Virus genome (UHGV): UHGV-1382276
Origin: a virus
Direction: 5' to 3' (one strand)
DNA length: 23,588 nucleotides
The notes beneath the pieces are model-generated. The model did no database searches. It saw only the letters and a list, made by a program, of their open reading frames with translations, and was not told the origin of the DNA. Position numbers and translations under genes: made by a program. Shown in pieces: positions 1 to 8,505 of the stretch (position 1 is its first letter; each line of letters begins with the position of its first letter).

Positions 1-255
1 TAACGCGTCGCCGGAAGCCACGTCATAAACCGTTTTACCCCGATGATCTTCAACGAGATGCCACGATGACTCATCACTGTTGAAAACAGCCACGAAACCA
101 GCCGGAATATCTGGCGGTGCAATATAGGTACTGTTTGCAGGCAGACCTGTATGAGGCGGAATATATGCGTCACCTTCACCAATAAATTCATTAGTTCCGG
201 CCAGCAGATTATAAATTTTTATGGTCCGTGGTTGTTCACTCATTCTGAATGCCAT
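1..255 (-). CDS. tfa: Tail fiber assembly protein Tfa, N-terminal 85 codons only; the rest of the gene lies beyond the window start
   Basis: Reverse-complement translation of 255..1 gives [85 protein letters not shown], which I recognise as the N-terminus of lambda Tfa. The ATG (255..253) overlaps the stf stop (TAATG). Absent from the ORF track because it is truncated by the window edge. Confidence 0.85.
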   Translation of the reverse strand, partial: MAFRMSEQPRTIKIYNLLAGTNEFIGEGDAYIPPHTGLPANSTYIAPPDIPAGFVAVFNSDESSWHLVEDHRGKTVYDVASGDAL

Positions 256-3200
256 TATGCAAGCCTCACAATATAGTTAACGGTGATGGTATGTCCATGT
301 GAACCAATCGCAACGGAGTGCGTATGAGCACCAATACCGACAGTATGTGCGTGTGCACCTGCGCTTGCAGCAGTACCCGATACAGAGTGCGTATGAGCGC
401 CTGCAGAAGAAGTGTTAACACTGTATTTAGAATAATCAGGTGATCCACTTCCCGGAGCACCACTGGAACCACCTGAAACAAATGTCATCGAATGGGTATG
501 TGCACCGGCTGAAGCAGCCGTACCGCTAACACTATGGGTATGCGCACCAGTGTTATTCGTGGATTTAGTGCCGTAATCAAACGACGATGTGGTTTTCGTC
601 CCCAAATCAGTACTGGATGCGCTGGCGCTGTGGGTATGCGATTTTATGCCGTCCTGTTCCTGAGACAATACGGCACGACCACTGGCGGGCTTGCCCTTAA
701 TCGTCCAGCCACGCATATCAGGGATCACGCCTGACGGATAAGCGGCTGCAAGTTTCGGGTAGGCAGATTTGTCAAAAGTCTGCCCCTGCATCAGGGCATA
801 ACCAGACGGAACGGTATCTGATGGCCACGGGATTGGTGCGCCGATTGGGTAGCTTTCTGGTGGAAGATTTTTCGAGGTATAAACTTCTGCCCAGTCTTCC
901 TCAAAACCATAACCGTCTCTTGAAGAACGGTAGAACAGACCACCATTTCTGTAATGCGCCTTCATCTGCAGGGTCCGGCAACTTCCGACTCCGGTATAGA
1001 AGTTAACCAGAATATAGCTGTCGCCAGAGCGGGTGACATTATAAGCGCCTGATTCGGCATTCCAGGGAACGCCACCATCCGCATCGGCATATGTATCCGT
1101 TGCCCTTCTGGCAAAAGCAGCCACATGCGCGGCGGTTAAAGTAATATCTTTGGAACCATCAAACTCAACACCAGAAACCCGTCTTGGCGTTTGCAGCTTT
1201 GTTTCTGTTAATGCATTACCGTTCAGACTTGCGGACAGTTTGGTTCCAATAACCAGTTCGCCAGTTGCGTTATCAATAGCAAACGGTCTTAATGTATTCC
1301 AGCCACCATAAACATCACCTTGATTGGTAAGCAGCAGGTAAGTTTTAGCGCCATCATTACGCCATAATGCCCCATACTCCCCACCTATCATTCGAATCTG
1401 ATTACCACCACGCGCTACAATTTCGTCTGTGGCAAAAAGTTTTTTGCACGACAAATTATCGTTAACGATTAACGAATGAGACTCATAAAAACCACGCCCA
1501 CTCTTAAAATCAAGGATAACGTCCGCCGCGATACATTCAGTCGCTGGATTTGTTGCCCCAAACTTATAGGTCGTATCATTAACAACGAGATCAGCACCAG
1601 GTGCGGATATTGACAGGCCATCTTCGATAAACGCAAAAACAGGGAAAGCAGCGCCATCAACATAGAACACAGAGCGCAAATCATCGCCCTTATTACTCAT
1701 CATTATTGAGTGGATGGCTCGTTCATTGTTTTGATATTGCCAGAACATTCCATAAGCATAACGCCCCCTGTCAGTCCAGCCACCAGGCATAACAAATCCG
1801 TTAAACTCGCAGTTATTCATCGGATCGCCTGCGGTTCGCGTTGCCGTGGTGATAATGACCCTTGATGCCAGTTCGCTTACTGAGCCAGCAGAACGCATAA
1901 CAACAACAGGGTAATATTTTCCAGATGTTGCACCTGCAGGAGCGTTAACCCGCACATAACGCATACCACGCTTATCAGCAAAGTCTGTTTTACTGACCGC
2001 GTTAATGTTGTTCAGGAAGCGTCCCTTATCGGGTATATCAGCGCCGTTCTGGTCTTTCTGCAGACGTTTCTCTGCATTGTCATAGGCTGATTTTACTGCC
2101 TTTGGCGTTGCCGCCAGCGTTTCAGACGTACTGTTGGTCGCACTGCTGAGCTGTACTATCCCCTTTTTCGTCGTGCTCGCATCCTCAAGCGCCACGGCGG
2201 ATGCAATATCCTCTGCCCGTTTTGCCGCTGTCTCGGCGCGCGTTGCCGCGGATTCCGCCGTACTTTTGCTCTGTGCTGCCGCCGTCGCACTGCCAGCTGC
2301 CTCTGTCGCCTTCGTGGATGCTGTCGTGGCGCTGCCCTTCGCTGCTGACGCCTGTCTGGTCGCCTCATCTTTTGAAGCAGACGCCGATGATGCCGATGAC
2401 GCCGCCGAACTGGCTGACGATGCGGCAGCCGTTTTTGAGGATTCTGCGCTGGTTTCCGACGCTTTCGCGTTCGTTTCGGATGTCTTCGCTGCGGAAGCAG
2501 AACTCGCTGCTGCGCTGGCCTGTTCAGTGGCTTCGCCAGCCTTCGTTGTGGCTGTTGAAGCGGATGATGCGGCGCTTTCTGCCGATTTTCCGGCGGCGGT
2601 GGCACTGGCTGAGGCCTGCCCGGCACTTGTTGACGCGGCGCTGGCAGATGATGCAGCCGCTGTTTTTGAGCCTGCCGCAGCTGAGGCGCTCTGTCCCGCT
2701 GCCGTCTCAGAAGACTTAGCGTTCGTCTCGGACGTTTTTGCCGCCTTCGCGGAATTTCCTGCCGCCGTTGCCGAGGAAGTTGCGCTACTGGCGCTCGAGG
2801 ATGCGTTCGTTTCTGATGATTTCGCTGCCTCTTTTGAGGCCGCCGCATCCCGGGCTGAGGTGGCAGCTTCTGACGCTTTCGTGGTCGCGGTGGATGCAGA
2901 AGTGGCTGCTGATTGTTGTGACGCTGCGGCATTCGTTTCTGACGTTTTCGCGGCACTGGCACTGGTAGCTGCCGCGCTTTTTGAGGACTCTGCAGCAGCA
3001 GCACTTTTCGATGCTTCAGTGGCCTTTGTTGATGCCGTTCCTGCGCTGGAAGACGCTGACTGAGCCGACGTCGCGGCCTGCCCGGCTGATGTGCTGGCTG
3101 CGCGTGCTGAGCCTGCAGCATCAGTCGCATGGGTTGCCGCCTCACGGGCTGATGTGCTGGCATCACTGGCTGACTTCTTCGCGGCTGCCGTGTTCTGTGC

Positions 3201-3560
3201 CACCACGGACGCGTTACGCGCCACCTCTTCCACCATCAGCTCAAAACGGCGCAGTGCCTCCGGACGGGCATCATCCTCCGTCATGGCACCGAGAAAATCA
3301 TTCAGCGTACCGGGTCGGGAATCTTCATACACGGTGATGGTCCCGGCATGTGACGGCGGGAATCCTTCCACCAACAGAATAACGCTGTACTGACCGTACT
3401 CAACGTCCATGCTGTAACGCCCGGCTTCATCCGGATTTTCTGAGGCCAGCGTGTTCACCACCACCGTGGTGCTGTTACGTTTTGCTTTCAGCTGGATTGT
3501 GCAGTTCTGTACCGGTTTTCCTGTGCCGTCTTTCAGTACACCTGAAATCTTTACTGCCAT
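255..3560 (-). CDS. stf: Side tail fiber protein, intact, 1101 aa; lambda-like N-terminus and C-terminus with an expanded and partly replaced middle
   Basis: ORF track 255..3566. The N-terminal ~120 aa ([35 protein letters not shown]...) and the C-terminal ~200 aa (GAPIPWPSD...KSHTHSASA...[16 protein letters not shown]) match lambda Stf as I recall it. I place the start at the ATG 3560..3558, preceded by GGGGTG, rather than the GTG at 3566 used by the ORF track. Confidence 0.9.
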   Translation of the reverse strand: MAVKISGVLKDGTGKPVQNCTIQLKAKRNSTTVVVNTLASENPDEAGRYSMDVEYGQYSVILLVEGFPPSHAGTITVYEDSRPGTLNDFLGAMTEDDARPEALRRFELMVEEVARNASVVAQNTAAAKKSASDASTSAREAATHATDAAGSARAASTSAGQAATSAQSASSSAGTASTKATEASKSAAAAESSKSAAATSASAAKTSETNAAASQQSAATSASTATTKASEAATSARDAAASKEAAKSSETNASSSASSATSSATAAGNSAKAAKTSETNAKSSETAAGQSASAAAGSKTAAASSASAASTSAGQASASATAAGKSAESAASSASTATTKAGEATEQASAAASSASAAKTSETNAKASETSAESSKTAAASSASSAASSASSASASKDEATRQASAAKGSATTASTKATEAAGSATAAAQSKSTAESAATRAETAAKRAEDIASAVALEDASTTKKGIVQLSSATNSTSETLAATPKAVKSAYDNAEKRLQKDQNGADIPDKGRFLNNINAVSKTDFADKRGMRYVRVNAPAGATSGKYYPVVVMRSAGSVSELASRVIITTATRTAGDPMNNCEFNGFVMPGGWTDRGRYAYGMFWQYQNNERAIHSIMMSNKGDDLRSVFYVDGAAFPVFAFIEDGLSISAPGADLVVNDTTYKFGATNPATECIAADVILDFKSGRGFYESHSLIVNDNLSCKKLFATDEIVARGGNQIRMIGGEYGALWRNDGAKTYLLLTNQGDVYGGWNTLRPFAIDNATGELVIGTKLSASLNGNALTETKLQTPRRVSGVEFDGSKDITLTAAHVAAFARRATDTYADADGGVPWNAESGAYNVTRSGDSYILVNFYTGVGSCRTLQMKAHYRNGGLFYRSSRDGYGFEEDWAEVYTSKNLPPESYPIGAPIPWPSDTVPSGYALMQGQTFDKSAYPKLAAAYPSGVIPDMRGWTIKGKPASGRAVLSQEQDGIKSHTHSASASSTDLGTKTTSSFDYGTKSTNNTGAHTHSVSGTAASAGAHTHSMTFVSGGSSGAPGSGSPDYSKYSVNTSSAGAHTHSVSGTAASAGAHAHTVGIGAHTHSVAIGSHGHTITVNYIVRLA
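2202..3209 (-). repeat. Ala/Ser/Thr-rich low-complexity coding repeat forming the stf shaft, with a recurring AAKTSETNA unit
   Basis: stf residues ~120-455 are almost entirely A/S/T/K/E with quasi-periodic units. AAKTSETNA recurs three times at ~71-83 aa spacing, and the DNA shows matching near-repeats around 2461-2490, 2711-2745 and 2930-2950. The plus-strand ORFs in this interval are shadows of this region. Confidence 0.7.
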
Positions 3561-3571
3561 ATTCACCCCAC

Positions 3572-3598
3572 AAAAAAGCCCGCCTGAACCGGCGGGCT
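3572..3598 (-). terminator. Rho-independent terminator candidate downstream of lom
   Basis: Perfect 8-bp inverted repeat agcccgcc (3577..3584) / ggcgggct (3591..3598) with a 6-nt loop. The plus-strand A6 run at 3572..3577 gives a U-tract immediately 3' of the hairpin on the minus-strand transcript. It sits between the lom stop (3625) and the stf start (3560). Confidence 0.55.
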
Positions 3599-3624
3599 GT
3601 CATAACACTGTGTTACCTGGCTAA

Positions 3625-4224
3625 TCAGAATTTATAACCGACACCCACGATGAAACCGTCAGTGCGCCAGTCGCCACTGCCGGAGCCTTCATAAGCAATA
3701 TCAATGGCCACGGATTCGGTCGGGTTAAACTGCACGCCAGCCCCCCACGCCAGAGACGTGTTGCTGTGGCGACCGTCATCACTTCCGGTCAGCACATCGT
3801 GCGTTTTCCCCTTGTTGTCAGTTACGCGGAGATAATCCCCGAAGAAAGTCGACACACGGCTGTAAGCCACACCCGCCATCGCATACACGCTGAACCATTC
3901 ATTCACGCGCACAGACGGCCCCGCCATTACGCTGAACCAGCGGTTACGAACGGAATCTTCATGCCAGCGGGTATCGCTGTAATGGGTCAGCTGGCGATTC
4001 TTGTCTCCTGCATAGCTGAATGACGTCACCATCCCCAGTGTGTCCGTAAACTCATAACGGTATTTCACGTTAATCCCGTTCAGATCATCGCTGCCGGGAA
4101 CGTTCGTCGAGGCATGAAGATACCCCGCGCTCAGCGTGGACTGATGTTCAGACGCCCATGCAGACGCACCGGATACGACCTGCCAGACTACTGCGGACAA
4201 AATAACAGCACATAATTTACGCAT
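3625..4224 (-). CDS. lom: Lom-like outer membrane beta-barrel protein (Ail/Lom/PagC family), 199 aa
   Basis: ORF track. Has an N-terminal signal-peptide-like segment (MRKLCAVILSAVVWQVVSGASAWA), a C-terminal ...AYEGSGSGDWRTDGFIVGVGYKF ending in aromatic Phe as in lambda Lom, and GAGGT/GAGAGG 6 nt upstream of the ATG. Same position as lambda lom (between J and stf) but the N-terminal two-thirds is diverged and it is 7 aa shorter than the 206 aa I recall for lambda. Confidence 0.85.
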   Translation of the reverse strand: MRKLCAVILSAVVWQVVSGASAWASEHQSTLSAGYLHASTNVPGSDDLNGINVKYRYEFTDTLGMVTSFSYAGDKNRQLTHYSDTRWHEDSVRNRWFSVMAGPSVRVNEWFSVYAMAGVAYSRVSTFFGDYLRVTDNKGKTHDVLTGSDDGRHSNTSLAWGAGVQFNPTESVAIDIAYEGSGSGDWRTDGFIVGVGYKF

Positions 4225-4245
4225 AATTACCTCTCGCTTTTCTGC

Positions 4246-4273
4246 AATAAAAAAGGCGCCATTTCTGGCGCCC
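4246..4273 (-). terminator. Rho-independent terminator candidate downstream of J
   Basis: Inverted repeat ggcgcca (4255..4261) / tggcgcc (4266..4272) with a 4-nt loop. On the minus-strand transcript the hairpin is followed by UUUUUUAUU (plus-strand A-run 4246..4254). It lies between the J stop (4292) and the lom start (4224). Confidence 0.55.
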
Positions 4274-4291
4274 GTATCTGGGTTATAAAAT

Positions 4292-7200
4292 TCAGCTAAT
4301 CGTGATGCCTGCAGTGGCTTTCTTCATCACCACAACCAGCAGATCGCTGATACTGGTTGTTGGTGTCCAGTTATTCGCTCCTGATGAAGATACGGTGAAT
4401 GTCAGTGTCAGTGTCCCCTGTCCGGCAGGCATATCTATAACTGAGGAAAATACGCCCTGAGCATCCGTCGTGGACTGATTAAAAATCTCCTGACCATTGC
4501 GGGTCACTCTTAACCGGCAGGTTGAATACCAGTATGACTGTTGGTTATTACTGTTGAAATTCTCATGCTTACCACCGCGGAATAACACTGGAGGTATCAT
4601 GACCTGCCGGTCAAACTTCTGATCATCACTGATTCTTACCGTGATGGTGCCACTGGCATAACTGTTCGTGCGGGGGAAAGACTTGCTGACCGTTTTGACA
4701 ATATCGCCTTCAATCTGATTGGCTGACAGTTTCCCCTTAATCTGACAGTTCTCATTAATCGTGACGTTGTTGAGCGTCCCGGAGTTCGCATTCACACTGC
4801 CACTGATATCCGCATTTTTAGCAGTCAGCTTTCCGTCCGGTGTCAGGGAAAATGCCGGTGGATTTCCACCGCTGGTAATGGTGGGGGCCGTCAGGCGTTT
4901 CAGGAACACGTCGTTCATGAATATCTGATCGCCCTGACCAACAAACATCGGTTTTGTGTTGCCATTCGCAGGATTAACCATCGCAATCCTGTCCGCCGCC
5001 AGCAGCACCTGACTCTGCATGCCGTCAGGGGTGTTCTCAATACCGGCACCAATACCCGCGATATAAAGGCGTCCGTCCTGCATCTGCTGCAGCTTCACAG
5101 CCCACATGCTGTTCAGGTTATTATTTGTATCAACCTGAACCTTCTGTATCTGCTGAATTGCCGCACTCTGGTCTTCCAGTTTCTTATTGACGGTCTGCGT
5201 GATTTCATTGCTGACATCCGTAATGGACGTCCTGATTTCAGCCAGGTCAGGCGCAAGCTGACCGTTATCAATCTGCGTCCACAGCTCCTGAGCCAGATGG
5301 CTTTTCCCTATCTCGCCTTTGAAAAAATCCAGATAGCCGGATGCATCATCACTCGGCTGACCAACAGCCTCCACGAATGCCGATTTGCCAACGGTGTTCA
5401 CACTGCGGATATAAAAGTAATAATCATGGCCCGGTTTGATATTGATACTGGCGGCTATCCAGTACATCCCCGTGCCAAGATAGCGCGCGCTGGTTTCAAC
5501 CTGCCTGATATCCGCAATCCGCTTTTCCGAGAACCAGAACTCAAACTGTACCGTCGGATCATAAACCGCAAGATGCGGCGTGGCGGTTATCTGAAAATAC
5601 CCCGGTGTCAGCTCAATCTGCGACGGCGCTGCCGGTGCGGCAATCCGGAACGATACCGATGCCGGATCGCCCTGCTGCCCCCACGCATTTACTGCCCGGA
5701 CTGTCAGCCTGTAGTTCCCCAGCGCCAGTTGTGTGAAGCGGTATGTGGTTTCCGCCGTCCGGGCTGTGCTGACCAGCCGCTCACTGCCGTCATCCGCTGC
5801 CACGGTCAGGCGAAGCATAAAGCTCACCCCCTTCACCACCTTCGGCGTGTCCCAGCGGGCCAGTACCTGATATTCCCCGCTGTCTGCGGTGACTTCGGCA
5901 GTCAGGTGCTGCACCGCTGGCGGCGTGACACCATTCACCGTGCCGCTCTGGTCGCCGTCAAAGTGCGCCCCGTTATCCACGATGGCCTCTTTTTCCGGTA
6001 CATGCTGCACGGCGGTGATGGCATACATACCGTCGTCGTTCTCACGGATACTCACGCAGCGGAACAGGCGCTGGCGCAGCGTCGGCAGCTTCAGCCCCCA
6101 CACGCTGTATCCGGCAACGCCGTCAGGAACACGGCTCACTTTTACCTTCACGCCGTCGGTGACGGACTGGACCTCCACGCTGACCGGATTGCCACTTCCG
6201 TCAACCAGGCTTATCAGCGTGGTACCGGAGGATGGCAGCGTGATTTCACGGTCGAGCGTCAGCGTCCGGGTCTGGCTGTTCACCGCCAGCACGCGCCCGC
6301 CGGTGCGGATACCGGCATAGTCATCATCGCAGATTTCAATGACATCGCCCGGCACATGGCGAAGCCCTTCTGCGCCCACGCTGAAATCCACGGTCTGTGT
6401 TTCCAGCAGTTCTGTTTTAATCAGCCACAGCCCGGCGCGATGTGCCTGCCCCCGGCTGGTACAGCCAAAGGCATCCATCTTCGTGACGTTACGACCGTAA
6501 CGGGCAATGGCCTGCGTGTCCTCCACAAGCTCTGTCGCCGTCTCCCAGCCGTTATTCGGGTCAATCCAGTTCACCTCAACGGCATTATGGCGGTCCTTCA
6601 GGGCGCTGAAGCTGTAGCGGAACGGCGCGCCATCATCCGGCATCACCACATTACTGCGGTTATAGGTCCACACCTTATCTGATGGTCGGTCCTGCACGAA
6701 CGTCAGCGTCTGCCCGTTCCATACCGGCATACAGCGCATCGCCGAGCAGAAATCACTGAGCACATCCCACGCCTTGCGCTGTGTGGTCAGGTACGCATTA
6801 CAGATGATGCGCGGCTCCGTGCCGCCAAAGCCGTCCGGCACTGACTGGTCGCAGTACTGGCCGATGACATACAGCGCCCATTTATCCACATCCGCCGCAC
6901 CAAGACGTTTCCCCATGCCGTAGCGCGGATGGGTCAGCATATCCCACAGACACCAGGCCATGTTGTTGCTGTATGCCGGTTTAAACGTTCCGTCCCAGAT
7001 ACCGCTGTATTGCCGCGTCTGCGGGTTATAGTTCGACGGCACCTGCAGAATGCGCCCGCGCAGATGATAATTACGGCTCACCTGCTGGCTGCCGAACTGC
7101 TCCGAATCCACCTGCACGCCGACCAGTGCCGTGTTCGGGTAGCCCTGTTTCACATCGATGATTTCGGTGTATGACGACCAGAGCGTTTTGTTCTGCAGCT

Positions 7201-7774
7201 GGTCTGTGGTGCTGTCCGGCGTCATCCTGCGCATCCGGATATTGAACGGGCGCGGCGGCAGGTTACCCACCACCACCGAGGCCAGATACTGCGAGGTGGT
7301 TTTGCCCTTAATGGTGATGTCTTTTTCCGTCACCCAGCCACCATTACGCTGTATCTGAACCAGCAGGCGAACTTCCGACGGATTCCGGTCCCCCTTTGAG
7401 GTGGTTTCCACCAGTGCCTGCACGCCGAAGGTAAAACGCAGTCGGTCAATGTTTGCCGACGTGATGGTCCGGGTGATCGGCGTGTCGTATTTCACTTCCG
7501 TACCCAGCACCGTCTCGGAGCCGGAGGATTCAAATCCCTCCGGCGGTGTCTGCTCCTGCTCACCGGCCCGGAACACCACCGTGACGCCGGAGATATTGGT
7601 ATTCCCCTCACTGTCCAGCACTGGCGTACTGTTCAGCAGCACGCTTTTTAATCCATCCACCGGACCTTCAACCGGCCCTTCGCTGATGGCATCGATCACA
7701 CTCAGCAACTGCGTGGACTTCAGGTTGTCCTTCGCTTCGCGCGGGGTATGCCCCTTACTGCTGCCTTTACCCAT
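4292..7774 (-). CDS. J: Tail tip central fiber / host specificity protein J, 1160 aa
   Basis: ORF track. The N-terminal ~800 aa ([34 protein letters not shown]...) match lambda J. The C-terminal ~350 aa diverge from what I recall of lambda J and are 28 aa longer than lambda's 1132. Confidence 0.93.
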   Translation of the reverse strand: MGKGSSKGHTPREAKDNLKSTQLLSVIDAISEGPVEGPVDGLKSVLLNSTPVLDSEGNTNISGVTVVFRAGEQEQTPPEGFESSGSETVLGTEVKYDTPITRTITSANIDRLRFTFGVQALVETTSKGDRNPSEVRLLVQIQRNGGWVTEKDITIKGKTTSQYLASVVVGNLPPRPFNIRMRRMTPDSTTDQLQNKTLWSSYTEIIDVKQGYPNTALVGVQVDSEQFGSQQVSRNYHLRGRILQVPSNYNPQTRQYSGIWDGTFKPAYSNNMAWCLWDMLTHPRYGMGKRLGAADVDKWALYVIGQYCDQSVPDGFGGTEPRIICNAYLTTQRKAWDVLSDFCSAMRCMPVWNGQTLTFVQDRPSDKVWTYNRSNVVMPDDGAPFRYSFSALKDRHNAVEVNWIDPNNGWETATELVEDTQAIARYGRNVTKMDAFGCTSRGQAHRAGLWLIKTELLETQTVDFSVGAEGLRHVPGDVIEICDDDYAGIRTGGRVLAVNSQTRTLTLDREITLPSSGTTLISLVDGSGNPVSVEVQSVTDGVKVKVSRVPDGVAGYSVWGLKLPTLRQRLFRCVSIRENDDGMYAITAVQHVPEKEAIVDNGAHFDGDQSGTVNGVTPPAVQHLTAEVTADSGEYQVLARWDTPKVVKGVSFMLRLTVAADDGSERLVSTARTAETTYRFTQLALGNYRLTVRAVNAWGQQGDPASVSFRIAAPAAPSQIELTPGYFQITATPHLAVYDPTVQFEFWFSEKRIADIRQVETSARYLGTGMYWIAASINIKPGHDYYFYIRSVNTVGKSAFVEAVGQPSDDASGYLDFFKGEIGKSHLAQELWTQIDNGQLAPDLAEIRTSITDVSNEITQTVNKKLEDQSAAIQQIQKVQVDTNNNLNSMWAVKLQQMQDGRLYIAGIGAGIENTPDGMQSQVLLAADRIAMVNPANGNTKPMFVGQGDQIFMNDVFLKRLTAPTITSGGNPPAFSLTPDGKLTAKNADISGSVNANSGTLNNVTINENCQIKGKLSANQIEGDIVKTVSKSFPRTNSYASGTITVRISDDQKFDRQVMIPPVLFRGGKHENFNSNNQQSYWYSTCRLRVTRNGQEIFNQSTTDAQGVFSSVIDMPAGQGTLTLTFTVSSSGANNWTPTTSISDLLVVVMKKATAGITIS

Positions 7775-7833
7775 TCCTCACGCTCCATAAACGACAAAAC
7801 CGCCCGGAGGCGGTTTCACATAAACGTTTTTCA

Positions 7834-8505
7834 TCATCGACCAATCACCACAACCTGACCACCATCCCCTTCGTCTGCCGTGCTGATCTCCTGAGAGACC
7901 ACCCGCGACCCCACGCGCATTTCACCGTACAGAACCGGCAGAACATTGCCCTGGGCAACCATGTTATCCAGTGAGGAGAAATAGGTGTTCTGTTTGCCGT
8001 TATCCGTTGTCTGTGTACGGGGAGTTCTGGCTTTCGGTGCCAGCATCTGCGCCACACCACCGAGCACCATACTGGCACCGAGAGAAAACAGGATGCCGGT
8101 CATACCACCGGCCCCAATGGCTGCCCCCCATGCTGCAAGGGTGGCCCCGGCGGTAAAGAATGATCCGGCAATGGCGGCAGCCCCCAGGACAATCTGGAAT
8201 ACGCCACCTGACTTGGCCCCGGCGACTCTGGGAACAATATGAATCACAGCGCCATCAGGCAGAGTCTCATGTAACTGCGCCGTTAATCCGGACGTGCTGA
8301 CATCCTGCCCGGCAATCCGTACCTGATACCAGCCGTCGCTCAGTTTCTGACGAAACGCCGGGAGCTGTGTGGCCAGTGCGCGGATGGCTTCAGCCCCCGT
8401 TTTCACACGAAGGTCGATGCGGCGGCCAAATCGTTGTAAATCCCCGTAAAGGCAGATGCGCGCCATGCCCGGTGACGCCAGAGGGAGTGTGTGCGTCGCT
8501 GCCAT
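7834..8505 (-). CDS. I: Tail tip assembly protein I, 223 aa (ubiquitin-like beta-grasp N-domain)
   Basis: ORF track. The sequence MAATHTLPLASPGMARICLYGDLQRFGRRIDLRV... matches lambda gpI. Its 5' end overlaps the 3' end of K by 103 nt in a different frame. An alternative internal start at Met14 cannot be excluded. Confidence 0.88.
   Translation of the reverse strand: MAATHTLPLASPGMARICLYGDLQRFGRRIDLRVKTGAEAIRALATQLPAFRQKLSDGWYQVRIAGQDVSTSGLTAQLHETLPDGAVIHIVPRVAGAKSGGVFQIVLGAAAIAGSFFTAGATLAAWGAAIGAGGMTGILFSLGASMVLGGVAQMLAPKARTPRTQTTDNGKQNTYFSSLDNMVAQGNVLPVLYGEMRVGSRVVSQEISTADEGDGGQVVVIGR

Noticed and set aside
266-481. 71-aa minus-strand ORF in an alternative frame within the stf 3' end
   Set aside because: Out of frame within the HxH-repeat region of stf; composition is driven by the repeat; no independent support.
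2134-3166. Long ORFs in other frames and on the plus strand across the stf repeat (2134..3063 + 309 aa Ala/Asp/Val-rich; 2156..3166 - 336 aa Arg/Pro/Gln-rich; 2201..2719 +; 2738..2968 +; 2981..3337 +; 3091..3393 +)
   Set aside because: They all lie inside the Ala/Ser/Thr-rich stf shaft, whose GCN/NGC codon bias creates open frames in every phase. Their compositions (poly-Arg/Pro, poly-Ala/Asp) are typical shadow-ORF products, and the stf frame is the only one continuous with the lambda-like N- and C-termini.
2202-3209. Possible CRISPR array or other non-coding tandem repeat
   Set aside because: The repeats are imperfect, in frame and translate to the stf shaft. There are no uniform direct repeats with unique spacers and no cas genes; no CRISPR-like periodicity was seen elsewhere in the window.
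5297-6682. 461-aa plus-strand ORF antisense to J
   Set aside because: Entirely antisense to the well-supported J gene. Arg/Cys/His-rich composition with no recognisable domain or ribosome-binding site. Long antisense ORFs are expected in GC-rich coding DNA.
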